DNA from: Octopus sinensis
Lineage: Eukaryota
Length of the DNA stretch: 64,000 nucleotides
NCBI RefSeq assembly: GCF_006345805.1
Contig: NC_042998.1
Location: 175,336,001 to 175,400,000 of the forward strand
Reading direction: 5' to 3'
The position numbers and the translations under genes are program-made. The notes below the pieces were generated by a model. It had not been told where the DNA came from. It did not search any database and was given only the letters and a program-made list of their open reading frames with translations. This document shows positions 1 through 12,332 of the stretch, piece after piece. Position 1 is the stretch's first letter; each line of letters begins with the position of its first letter.

Positions 1-3000
1 ATTTTTCTCTTACACTCTGCCGTACATGCACACTGACATTGCACATTCAGCAGAGCATACTAGATTCATTTCTTTCAAGCCTTCACATGTCCTCTGCCAT
101 CACAACCTATGTTTCACTGTCATGTAGCATGGCTGTTTTCACACAGGCATCACACAATTTGCTTTCACTCTGAGGGAGAGGTCCTTTATAGCCAACAAAG
201 ACAGAAGCTCTCTGAACTTTGCCCAGCCTATTCGGAGTCTTATTCTAGCAGCCAAACTCTTGGCTGCTAACTTAGTCACCTAGGTAACAAAAGCTACCAA
301 CTACTTCTAGGTATCTCCCCTAGCATTTGATGGAGTCTATTTTCTATATATTTTTATAAAATATATCCACTAAATTCTAAATAGATATTACATGATGTAT
401 TAATTCACTATAATAAGTAATGGTTATGCAGTAGCACTGACAGAGGTTTTCCTTGGTTTGCACTGCTGAGTTAAATCTCTCATGTATGGAAAAGTTATCT
501 CCAAGAGAAGATGTGTATCCCATTTGCTTAAACTGAAAACTATAGCAAGATGGGGTTGAGGATGACAGTTGCTCTACATGCGGGTTTGAAAGGATTCAAG
601 ATTTCCTCTGGTTTATAATATCTCTTAATTAAGGTGAAGGGTGGTGCTGAAAGTGTCTTTGCTCCTAGGCACTGTGGACCCTTACAGAAATTAGAAATAT
701 GCACCAGTTCTGTCTCACGAAGGATGAAATAACATTAGAAAGATTAATTATAACAGAAGTAAAAAAAAGAAAAATATAAACATCAACAGCCTTGACTGTG
801 TGATAAAAAGCTTGCTTCCAAACCACATGGTTCCAGGGTTCAGTCCCACTGCATGGCACCTTGGGCAAGTGCCTTCTACTATAGTCTCGGGCTAACCAAA
901 ACCTTGTGAGGGGATTTGGTAGACAGAAACTAAAAGAAGCCCATCATGTGTATGCATATTTGTGTACCCCACCACTTCTTGACAGCTGGTATTCGTGATT
1001 TTAAATCTCCTGTAACTTTAAGGTTCAGCAAACGAGATCAATAGAATAAGCATCAGACTGAAAGGTAAGATAATTACTGGGGTCAATTAATTTGACTAAA
1101 ATTCTTGAAGGTGGTGCTCCAGCATGGCCACAGTCTAATGACTGAAACAAGTAAAAGAAAAGCCATACAATTAACAGTGTCAGACATTTCCCCAATATCG
1201 TTGATGAAATATTTAACTGCTGAGTAGAGGTCTGTGAAGGTCATTATCACATATTTAGTTAGTAAAAGGGCAAACAGATGTGCCATCTGTGATTGGCAGA
1301 TAAATTTCAAACTAGGAACTGTTCAATAATCCTCTTTTCAACTCAATCTTCCATTGTGTGTGAACACATGTGCATGTATTATCTAGACGCCAATCAATTT
1401 TTTTTTTATAGCTGTATTAAAACATATAAATTAGACTCTCTATTTTGAAAGTGTGTAATAAAAATGGGAAATCACTTCTGTTTAATAGGTTTCTATTACT
1501 AGTTCAAGCTCTCTCACATTATTTATGCTGCTAATTCAAATTCCGCCGAGGTTAACTTTGCCTTTCATCTTTTCGAGGTCGATAAATTAAGTACCAGTTG
1601 AGTACTGGAGTCGATTTAATTGACTTAACCCCACCCCCAAAATTTCATGCCTTGTGCCTATAGTAGAAAGGATTATTTATGCTGCTAATATTTTTCAGAA
1701 AGACATGAATATATCACATCATATGTACCTATATGGTATTGCTAAATTCTTTATGAAGATAGACTACTAACAGAGTAACAGGCAATACTCCTTTTAGTTT
1801 TTCCAGTTAGACAAAATTTAGAATAATAAACATTTTTGCTATTCTAAGATGAATTGTCATGAAATGAAAATGATTTGTTGGACAATTAAGTTTAGCTTAT
1901 ATTTTTAGTGTTTTTATCAGTAAACCCCAAATGATTGTCTTGAATTTGAAAAATGGATAACAACAGTGAGGAGAGTAAAGAGAGATATGGGTACACAACT
2001 GATATGAAGTTGTAAATTGCCATAATTTTCAACTGAATTTTTATTAGCTACATCTATTCCCTTTAAGACTCTCAGCTCTTCAAGTTTATTAATAAAAATA
2101 AAGATTGTCAGACATACTCTGCTTCCATGAATAGACACTATGGAAATATCCTCCAGAAGCAAGAGGTTGGATCAACAAAATTGTCAATAATATGGAGGCT
2201 ATATCATTATTAGATCATAATCTAGAAGTATACAGGTCATCTTTGGTAGATGGAGGAATTACAACCGTGTTTTGTGGTCTGCTACCACAACAGCTCCTTT
2301 ATAGGATCCAGTTAGCTCGAGACATCATCAGGAGGAACCACGTCCGGTTTCAGCCCCTACTCCTCTACCGTTTTGACGTGGCGTCCCCCCCCCCTTTCGG
2401 AGGTGTCTTCAGCTCTGGTGCTGGGTGCATGTCTTCTTTCTTCTGTTCCCTGGCCTCTTTGATGTATCGTCAGCGAGTGTCAACCGGTGACTGACTGTCT
2501 TGTCAAATTTCTCCCTTTAAATACCTGCCGCATAGGCTCCAGCAGGCAGCCCCAGCAAGTTGTCACGTGACACTGTCTCGCCTTAACTGACTAGTGGCAT
2601 AACCAAGTCTTGAACATCCTTACTAATACACTAAAACAGCAATGCATCATCACCAATGCAATGTGGATTAACATCAAAGTTTCACAGAAAAAGCAATGCA
2701 AGAGTGTAAGCAAAGGAATGGTACTAATGGCCAGAAAATGATGGCAAATCAAAAGTAAGTCTTCGTGTTCTCAAGCCTTATCACAATAATGAGGCAAAGC
2801 CTAGTTAAGGCATGGTCTGATTGTGGAAGATAATATGAAGTGGGTACATGAAAGAAAGTAATTATAATATGAAGAACTCAAAAAGGTACATGAGGTACAA
2901 TGATGGCAGTGCACAGTACTTCTAGCAGAGGTGAATGTTGTGGATTTGTAACAAGACAAGGATGTCCTGTTTGGTTGGAACTGGATGTAGAAGGACTAGC

Positions 3001-3153
3001 AGAATAGTGATTTATAAACTGCAGATAAGAGTATAAAATGCTTCAACACAGATGTGACCAGAGATATGTGAAACAAAGACCAAAGCTAAGAGTGAAAAAG
3101 ACATTTTCAGTAAGTATTAAAACAGAGTATTCATTGGACGATAATATATGTTA

Positions 3154-3455
3154 CTAGCAGTATCGCCCAGCGTTGCTCAAGTTTGTAAGGGAAATAACTA
3201 TATAAGCATTTTTAGAGAGTTACTTCCCTTAAATAATAGCAAAAAATGCATTAAAAATGGGAAAAAATGATGGTAATTTATTTTTAAAATCGTAGACTCA
3301 TCGTAGACGCGCGCTAATACCCAGAAGGGCTCGATATGAATCACGACTATAAGATACCCGGTTTTGGTTAAACTGCACCGCAAAATGTGGGAGTAGTTAG
3401 GAATCTAAATCGTAGGAGACAGACACTCACACAACTTCACTTTTATATATAAAGA
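3154..3455 (-). mobile_element. Non-autonomous Helitron (302 bp)
   Basis: 5' TC, subterminal hairpin GAGCAACGCTGGGCG, 3' CTAG, A|T junction. Confidence 0.85.
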
Positions 3456-3596
3456 TATGGTGACTTGATTAACTAAGATCAATTGAGAATATCCAAGCAG
3501 TTTAGTTATAAAAACAAAGAATGATATAATGTATAATTCACTACAGTAAGTAATAGTAACACTGTATGTAACATCAACAGTTGCTTCTGGTTTGAT

Positions 3597-3988
3597 AGCA
3601 TGGATGCTTGAATGATAGAAGGGAAAATTTTCTGTGGCCCCTTCCATCTGTCCTTCTGCAACGACGCTTGCGGTGGTTTGGCCATGCATGTAGGCGTCTG
3701 GTGGGTGAACTGAGCTGTGATGTCCTTCTCCCAACTCCACTTCCCAACTGGCGGAAACGCGCAGGCAGGCAGCTGAAGACCTGGGTTACGACGATTAAGG
3801 AGGACCTCTCCGTGCTCACGGGACACTAGGTGGTCGGCCTGCGATGATGGAACCGTGACTGGCTTGCTATCTCCAGTGAACTGGCACAGGACCGTCATGC
3901 ATGGGCTGCCTTGGTTCGAGATGCCTCGAGGGTGGTAGAAGAAGCCGACTCAACCCGCCCAGGGTGAATGTCGCCACAAGTACAAGTA
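3597..3988 (+). mobile_element. RTE-clade LINE 3' end
   Basis: LQRRLRWFGHACRR..WRKRAGRQLKTWVTTIKEDL..LAQDRHAWAALVRDA; ACAAGT tail repeat. Confidence 0.85.
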
Positions 3989-5120
3989 AATAAGGGAAAA
4001 TGCTACAATGTGAACCAAAAGAGTCCAGACATTTCCTGATTACTTGAATGCTGTTTGACACTGTTGGGGGGAATATACAGTTGGAATGATCTCCAATGAT
4101 CTCTATTCAACATCTGATGATGGGCATGTCCCACAGTGTAATCTGCATGTAAAAATTATTGACAACCTATTTACATTTAAAAGCAATAATTTGCATACAT
4201 ATCTAAGAAACAGCTTGACACAATTTGCATACATTTCTAAGAAACAGCTTTAATTGACTAAGTTCAAGTGTAACCTGTATTGGAGTATTGTTCACATATT
4301 TGTGATGACATTGCTGTTTGACAAATATTCTACTTTGCTTCATTCTGTCAGCACCAGAAATTTCTAATCTTTTTATCCAGACATTGAATATGCAACAAAA
4401 TGAAAGAGAATGAATTCTTTCTCAAATATCTCAAATAATGCGAAATGGTTAGTTGAATGAGAAACCTTTGACAATATCTATTTCACCTAGTTTTGAGAAT
4501 GTATACACTTCTACTTTTTCGACTTTGGTACCATGATCAAAGAACACTTGTGAGGCCCCAATAATGAAAATGCATAATTCTAAAACATTATTTGACAACT
4601 TGCAAAACAAGAATATATATGTGTGTGTATATATATATATATGCAACAAAAAAGGCACCCCGTATACTCTGTAAAGTGGTTGGTGTTAAGGACATCCAGC
4701 TATAAATACCATGCCAAAGCAGGAGCTCACTGCAGTCCTACAATTTGTCAGATCCAGTTGGGCCAGCCAATCCATTTTAGCATAGAAGACGGGCATGAAA
4801 TGACGATGATGAAAGATTATTTAAACGACATATACATATATATACACACACACACATTTTCTTCTTACATAGTTAAATTGACATTGCAAAACACGAAAAT
4901 AACTGATCTTTAAAAATCGGTTACATTTACTATTTGAATTGCTTTTATTAACTTGTATCCTCAAATCACGTACTGTGCAATTGTTGCATTTCTATCACCA
5001 AAATCGATAAAGATCTACCTTCGTTGGTGTGAAGGGAGTCAAAAAGGATAACCATAGATTATTTATTTATTTTTTTATATATATCTCTCCGCAATGTTCG
5101 AAAGTTTTGCTGTCACCGTA

Positions 5121-5790
5121 AGTTACAAATGGTGACCCAAAAAACTTTAGAATAGACATTTTTCCCTGATTGAACAGCACGTGTGCACAGTTTTTTTCCG
5201 TGCTATCAGCCAGCACATTGCTTACAAGCCTATCAGCAATTTTCGAAGCATACATTTTTAACGATAATAACAATTACGAATTTTCTAACTGTTTTTTTTT
5301 TTTTTTAACATGCTAATTTTCATCATATTTCAAGCAACTCCAGTTTCCCAATCAGATGGAAATTTATCTCCATGATTAGAACCCAATTCCTCGCGAAATA
5401 TTGCCTCGGAGACTACTTATTTAAGCCAGAAAAGCACAAAAAGTAAGAGACCTCCTCATCAATCCACCACCCGATGAGTGTTACACGATCCTGGAGCTCG
5501 TATGGTGCACTTCCTCATTGGACTGAGTATGGTTAACATCAACCGATTCCAAAAGTTGGAAGATCGTAAGTCATCTCGGCTCCTGCGAAAAATGCAACAA
5601 CTATTCGGATAAAAGATACCATAACGAAACACATATTTCTCGAACTAATACACTAATCCTGGCACCGACTAGTGACAACGCCAATATGTGAGACACTGGC
5701 TGAAATGGAGAACAGATTCTGATAGCCTCTTCACCCTTATCGCCCTAACACTACAGAAATGTCTTTCGGTGACGAAGTAGCAGCCCGGAT
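5121..5790 (+). mobile_element. Ty3/Gypsy relic: LTR 3' end, tRNA-Trp-type PBS and gag fragment
   Basis: GTTACA-aa-TGGTGACCC at 5122-5138; frameshifted VRDLLINPPPDECYTIL, LEDRKSSRLLRKMQQLFG, LAEM. Confidence 0.7.
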
Positions 5791-7519
5791 ACTCTGCACT
5801 TCAAGTTTCCTTTGAGATCAATAAAATCAGGTCACTAACACCGTGGACAGTTTTAAGCATTTGTAAATATATTGTATATACACTGGGTTCAAATGGTGAC
5901 TATTTGAAATCTGTCATCGAACCCTATTCTATTGATTGATTGGATTTGTAGGCTGCAAGTCGATATTACTAGTCTTTTTGTTGGACCCTACCCATGTTTT
6001 CCTATTTAATTCCTACACATTTTAAATGACAACTTTCAAAATTAATGAGCGAAGACTGTAGATTTTGCATATATGAGTGTTTGTCTACGGAGGGAAAGAA
6101 GAAAGGTTTCATTTTTCAATATTTTTACTCGAGTATGAAAATAAAGCTGTTCTTATGACTTAAGCCAATTATTGCGACCAAGTCACCTTTTCGTAACATG
6201 TAAGCATGTATCAACGCATGTATGTATGTATATATATGTGTGTGTATATATATATATATATAGAGAGAGGGAGGGAGACTTTGATGTCGAGATATTCTAT
6301 AAACCAAATATACAAGAATGTAAATACCATGTGCGTATGTATGCATGTAATATGTATGATATATATTCAAACTTTATAAACAAAATACGACACCAACTAA
6401 TACTGTTGAATACTACTTTTGTTTGTTACCCTTTTCGTGTATTATTATATATATTTACAAACAATATGCATGTCGGATGTGTGTACATTAGGTATACATA
6501 AATAAATCGCCGACTGTATTTAAATGTATAAGACTGTGCATCTGCAGAAAGTTTTCAAAGTTTTATATCATGTTCGATAACTTAGTAAGAATTTAATAAC
6601 ATGCAACGCAACTAAAATATAGGGAAAATATACATAAATTAAGAAATATAAACAATTTTATTCAAGTCTGATTTAAGGTAAGGTTCTCCGTCAGACAATT
6701 TATAGACAGTGAAAAAGTATATATATACACACTTAATAGACATAATATTACTTATATGTTTAAAATTAAGAAACCAATAACTGAATGAATACATTAACAA
6801 CGATATTAATAATAGATAATTATAGAATAAAAGTTGTTGAGAGACAAACCTGCGGTGGTAAGTTCGAGTTAATCAATTGTCAAAGAAGTTAGAGCAATGA
6901 TATAAGTGCCAAGTAGGTTTTTGTTCAGTTGTGTAAGGAAGTTAATTGTTGTAAGTTCTCAGCCGGGAACCTCCGACTACGCGACGTAGTAACAGCGCCA
7001 GCTGTTGTCACGTCAATATACTCTCACCATCACTGCCACCACATTACAAACAATACTATAAACCTGATAGTTTTGGAAAGTAACATACATACGTCTGTGT
7101 GAGTATGTGTGTGGGAGAGTACGTATGTATATTACACTAACACACATACACATACATACCTGTGTCTATATATGCAGATGTATTTTCCAGGTTAGTATGA
7201 GGCCGATTATTATGATCCAAGTCACCTCTCATGAGGAACAATCGCTCTTGATGACAAAGTTCTCATATGTGTCATTTGGCTTGGTGTCTATGGCTGGCTG
7301 CCTTCCTTAACACCAACCTATTAACAGTATGTGCTGGAGCATTTTCACATAGCACCAACTCAAGAGATGTTGAATAGCCCTCAATTAGGATCTTGTATCC
7401 ATTGCTTGTCAGAAAAGTGTAAAAGATAGGACAGAAAGTAACAGTAAGTCAAATAAAAAAAGGATAATGAAAACGAAAAGTGCATGTACTGTACACAATT
7501 AAAACACAAGACAGAAGTG

Positions 7520-8200
7520 AATAGTAAAAATCTCATTAAGAGGAAAATGTGCAAAGGCATATCAAAAGTAGTGTTGGTGAATTTTGGGAAGTATGGTATT
7601 TTTAAGCTATGGACACATAAGAGATGCACTGGAGTCACAGGTAGATTAACAGATAAGGTTACCTTTGTGTGTGATAGATGCACAGGAACAATAAGCGTAC
7701 ACAAGACTTAGACTCTCTCGAGGTAGTAGATAGTTTCTGTTACCCAGGATAATGCTCTGAAAGTATTGTTTCTAGAATACGAATAGGATGGAGAAAGTTC
7801 TAAGAGCTACTACCTCTGTTCGCAACAAAAGGACTCTCTCAGAGTGAAAGGTAGATTGTATGATACTTGTGTACAAACAGCTATACTCTATGGTAGTGAA
7901 AGATGGGCTCTAAATGCAGAGGACATGTGTAGACTAGAGTTGGGCATAAGAGGCATCAAATGCAGCATGCAAGAGAGGAGACTACATTGGTTTGGACATG
8001 ATGTGTATGAATGAAGACGGTTGTATAAAGAAGTGCAGGTCACTGAAAGTGGATGACACCTGTGGAAGAGGGAGAACCCAGGAAGACATGGGATGAAGTG
8101 GTGAGGACTGATCTCAGGATGTTGGGACTCACAGAAAAAATGACACTGAACCAAGATGTCTGGCAATATGAGGTTTTAGAGAAGACCTGCCAACATCAGT
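7520..8200 (+). mobile_element. Degenerate RTE-type LINE 3' part
   Basis: WTHKRCTG..FVCDRCTG, LEVVDSFCY, LSLRVKGRLYDTCV, LHWFGH. Confidence 0.8.
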
Positions 8201-8651
8201 GAACCTGAATTCTAGAAGCATTGTGTTCCACCCATACGTAACAATAAAACTTTTACACACACTACCCCAACAAACCAAACTGCATCCCCATTTCCTTCCC
8301 AAACTGTCTCTCTTCTCTTCCTCACATTTCCTCTTCATACACTATGATTATCTTCCACTCCTCAATCCTGTCCTTGCTACCCTGCTCACTGTATCATTGA
8401 TACCCCACCCCTCTATATGCCCAGATTTTCACCAGTCACTGCAATCCCCCACTCTCGCTCCCGACTCGCAACTCCTTGGCGATACCCTGCCACCATTCAT
8501 CTCCCTCTTCCTTACTCTGCTTTCCCATCTAAGCCCTAATTCCTGTTCCTTGCAAGTAAACCCTGGCACTTGCTACCATTCTTTTGCAGTCTTCTACTCT
8601 CTCTCTTTCCCTTACTCTCCCCTCTGGCTGAGTAATCATGTATTTCCTCTG

Positions 8652-8930
8652 CAGCAACAAACCTATTTCTGCCCTCATTCTTGATCACTTTCCCTCCTTC
8701 AGCAACAAACCTGTTTTTGTCTTCATTCTTGATCACTCTCTCCCCCACTTCCATTACTCTTGGCTCTGCATACCTCTTTCTTGTTAACTCCCACTCTCTC
8801 TCTAGGTAACTGTCTCTGCCCTCATTCTTGTTAACTCTTGCTCGTTTTCTCTTCTTCTCTCTGGTTGGGTAACCATGGACCTCCTCTACAGCAAGACATC
8901 TGTTTCTGCCTCTCTGTCACACTCTTTCAG
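8652..8930. repeat. 48-bp pyrimidine-rich minisatellite (two good and two degenerate units)
   Basis: CAGCAACAAACCT.TTT.TG.C.TCATTCTTGATCACT at 8652 and 8700. Confidence 0.75.
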
Positions 8931-9369
8931 GATCTGACACAAGATCACCTCCAGTGTCCCCTCCCCTCTCAAAGACTCTTTGTCTTGCAAAGTCACTTGG
9001 TGACCCTGCCAGTGCAAATGCCACTTAAGCACCCAATCCACATTGTAAAGTGGTTGGCATTAGGAATGGTATCCAGCTGTAAAAACCATGCCAAATCTGA
9101 CCTTGATTGTGTGAGTGCCACAAAAAAAAAGCACTCAGCCACTCTACAGAGTGGTTGGTGTTAGGAAGGGCATCCAGCCATAAAAACCATGCCAAAACAG
9201 ACACAGAAGCATAGCACAGGCTCCTGCTTGGCTAACTCCTGTCAAACCATCCAACCCATGCCAGCATGGAAGGAGGATGTTAAATGATGATGATGTCCTG
9301 ACAGCTAACAACTAATGTGAGTAGTTTAGTCCATGCTTTGAGAATTTTAAGCATGAAAAATATTTCCAA

Positions 9370-9960
9370 AAGTCAGGGATGTTGTGCTGCTTTTGATTTT
9401 ATAAGCATGTCCACGAACAGCAGAAGTACTGGATTCAAAAACGTGGCCGAAGTTGTTGGAAAGAAGAGGATAATCTCATGGACTTCTACCAAGTTAGTTG
9501 CTAGACATTGAAACTTGTGTGTCAATGCCCAGAGAAGCAAGACATTCAAGATATGGTAACAGAGAGTATTTTGTCTGGTTGCACATCTCTGTACAGCTTC
9601 CAGTAGACTGATATTCAGGACAAGACTGAGGTTCTTAACTGGAGATACGAATTGTAAGTGTGAATATGTCATAATTATAGATAGCTTTAAAAAGATAGCT
9701 GGTAGTTGACAAAAGTCTAACTGAGTGATGCTAAGATATGGTCTGCATTTTTGACAATTTTGGAAATGTAGTTCATCCATGGCAGGTCACTGTTGACAAG
9801 AATGCCCAGGTCGTGTTCACCAGTGAATTCCTTAGGTTTGTGTTGTAGAGGAAGTAGGAAAATTTTGTGGTTTTTCCTGTCAAAATGTATAGAATATAAG
9901 GTGGTCCATTTGCCTATCACCAGCTTGAGTTGCCATTCAGCTATCTATTGCTGCATTATG
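9370..9960 (-). mobile_element. CR1/L2-type LINE RT C-terminal relic
   Basis: DLGILVNSDLPW..YISKIVK.A..IL; LLEAVQRCATR. Confidence 0.75.
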
Positions 9961-10699
9961 CCTGATCAGATTGCAGAAAAGGTCTACAACGTACAGGGTG
10001 TTCAGGTTAAATTTAATGATTCTTTTAATGTCTCCTTTTTTTTTTAGTGACAGCTTGACGTATTGGTGAACAGTCATTAGCATTAGAGAGCATAAAGATT
10101 AATGATGTTTTAGGAGGTTGAGCAGCTTTGCTCTGACCTTCATAAGATTACAATTTCTTTATTCCAAATGTGTCAGGTATAACAGCAGAAAAAAAATACA
10201 AGAACACGAGTTGTAATTGATGGCCACACTATTCAACTACCTAATGAAAGGTACAGTAAATGGTACGTTTTGAATAATACTGTCTGAAGAAAATATACAT
10301 ATTGGTTTCTCATGCTGTTGGATCTTGGTGATGTGTGCTTGATAGAAGAGGAAACAAATATGTGACATGATTTACAGGAACGGACATAATGCATCAAAGC
10401 TAGCTGGGAAATAAATTTCCTCTCTGTTGAGATCTGAACTCAGTCATGCTTCCCACCTCACTGAGGAATAGCAAGAAAGATTCCTCTTTTTAAAGCTGAT
10501 TAGGGGCACCAGCAAACAAACAAAATCTGCCCATGCTAGGCTGGTCTGTCATGTAATGGGATTGGATAGCCCGCATAAAGCCAGAAAGACTCAATCAATG
10601 TATATGCCATCACATGACCAGGTCATGTGACCACTTGTAGAAATACATGTATGAGCCAAAATCAGGGTATTGAAGGCTAGACAGTCGAATGATAATCAT

Positions 10700-11414
10700 A
10701 CTTCTGCTACAATATAGTTGAGAAGTTAGCTGACATGGAGGACTTGAAGTCATTTGAAATGAGTTACCTGTATCATGATGATTCATGCTGGGTATCAAAA
10801 TATTGGCCTCATGACTGCTGCTCAATGCTCTATGAATATTGTTGAGGCTGCAAGACAGGACATGGACATCATGAAAACCAATGTCTCCCAAGTTGTGGTG
10901 GTCTTTGGGTGTATCTTCAGTAAGGAAGACATCATGCCACCCTCATACCTTTGAATAGGGTCTTAGACTTAATTTAGATAACTATGTGAAGCTGTTGGAG
11001 ACTGTGGTCAAAGCTTGGCTGGAGAGGGTTGCTGCTGGAAGGCCATATGTGTGGCACCAGGATTTGGCTCCTAGCCATACCTGTATAAAGAGTCAAAAGT
11101 GTTTATTGGAGAATTTCTATAACTTTACCAATCTAAGGATTACTATATGTGGGGCACTGATGAGAAAGACACCAGCTGTTCTGTCTGCAACACCAATGCA
11201 GAGCTCGTGGCCAACATCAAGGAGGTGTTTAAATATCTTCCCAGGGACACAGGAAAGGTGGAATTTGAGGGTGGCTACTTTGAATAAATTATCTCCCAGC
11301 CAGTTTCTAGTTGATATATTTTTTATATTTGAAAAAAATTTTCATTTTTGGAGAGGATATTGTTTTCTATTCTTTTGATGCAAACTGTTAAATTTATCCC
11401 CATCACCCTCTGTA
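10700..11414 (+). mobile_element. Internally deleted Tc1/mariner relic (DD37D/maT-like)
   Basis: VVVFGCI..YVKLLETVVKAWLERVAAGRPYVWHQDLAPSH; right end ATTTATCCCCATCACCCTCTG|TA. Confidence 0.75.
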
Positions 11415-11506
11415 GGATCCATTCCTTTTTACCTCAAGACACAGCTTAATGTCGTCTACATATTTTAACGCAGTAACATGCTTCAAGATGGCATCCATTT
11501 CATTAA

Positions 11507-12020
11507 TCTATATATATAAAACTGTAGTTGTGTGAGTGTCTGTCCCCTTCGATTTAGATTCCTAACTACTCCCACATTTTGCGGTGCAGTTTAACCAAAT
11601 TCGAGTATCTTATAGTCGTGATTCATATCGAGCCCGTCTGAGTATTAGCGCACGTCTATGATGAGTCTACGATTTAAAAAATAATTTAACATCATTTTTT
11701 ATTCCATTTTAATGCATAATTTTTCATGTGTCGATGGCGGCGGAGTTGGCGTCCATGCTCACATCTGCACCTGTGTTGCTTCTCCTCCTTCTTCCCTCCC
11801 TCGTGAAGCTGTGGGGAAGGGAGTGTAAGGAAATCAACGTCGTAAAGCGTTGTCAAGGAGACCAGCGTTCTTTTAGAACAATGACTTCATGGCTTGAAGA
11901 CACCAAAACAGAAATGGCTAAAAAAGCCCCAATTGGCATCTATAAGGGAAGTAACTCTCTAAAAATGCTTATATAGTTATTTCCCTTACAAACCCGAGCA
12001 ACGCCGGGCGATACTGCTAG
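11507..12020 (+). mobile_element. Non-autonomous Helitron (514 bp), same family as 3154-3455
   Basis: A|TCTATATATAT...CCCGAGCAACGCCGGGCGATACTGCTAG|T. Confidence 0.9.
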
Positions 12021-12039
12021 TATGATATATACAACAAAC

Positions 12040-12200
12040 GAGAGGGTTCCTGATTATATTATGACCCTTTTCATAATCTTCCTAATATGATCCAATAATT
12101 TTCACCCTCTATAACTGTCTGTCTTTAATACATCGTTTTCCTTGTAACAGTTTACAATGATCCTGTTACACCAATCATTGGGTATGATGCTTCCCTGTAC
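12040..12200 (-). mobile_element. RTE RT fragment
   Basis: IIPNDWCNRIIVNCYKENDVLKTDSYRG.KLLDH. Confidence 0.7.
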
Positions 12201-12243
12201 TGCTTACTCGATTCAAGTGACTAGCAAATAGTGAAGAGTTAAA

Positions 12244-12332
12244 AATGTCTTCTGACTAGAGTCTGATGAGTCGTCTGTGAAGCTACAGCCTTCATGGATG
12301 CAAAACCATTGGTCACTCTATGACCAGACATT
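12244..12332 (+). ncRNA. Type I hammerhead ribozyme motif, G12A variant
   Basis: Stem I TAGAGT/ACTCTA plus AATGTCT/AGACATT; CTGATGA core; 11-bp stem II; AAAA where GAAA is expected; stem III ACC/GGT; GTC cleavage triplet. Confidence 0.7.

Noticed and set aside
4113-4135. CTGATGA followed by a TGGG/CCCA hairpin
   Set aside because: No GAAA core or stems I and III, so at most a highly decayed ribozyme relic.
8199-8684. 161-aa + strand ORF
   Set aside because: Product of a pyrimidine-rich tract and minisatellite (Leu/Pro/Ser/His bias) with no domain.
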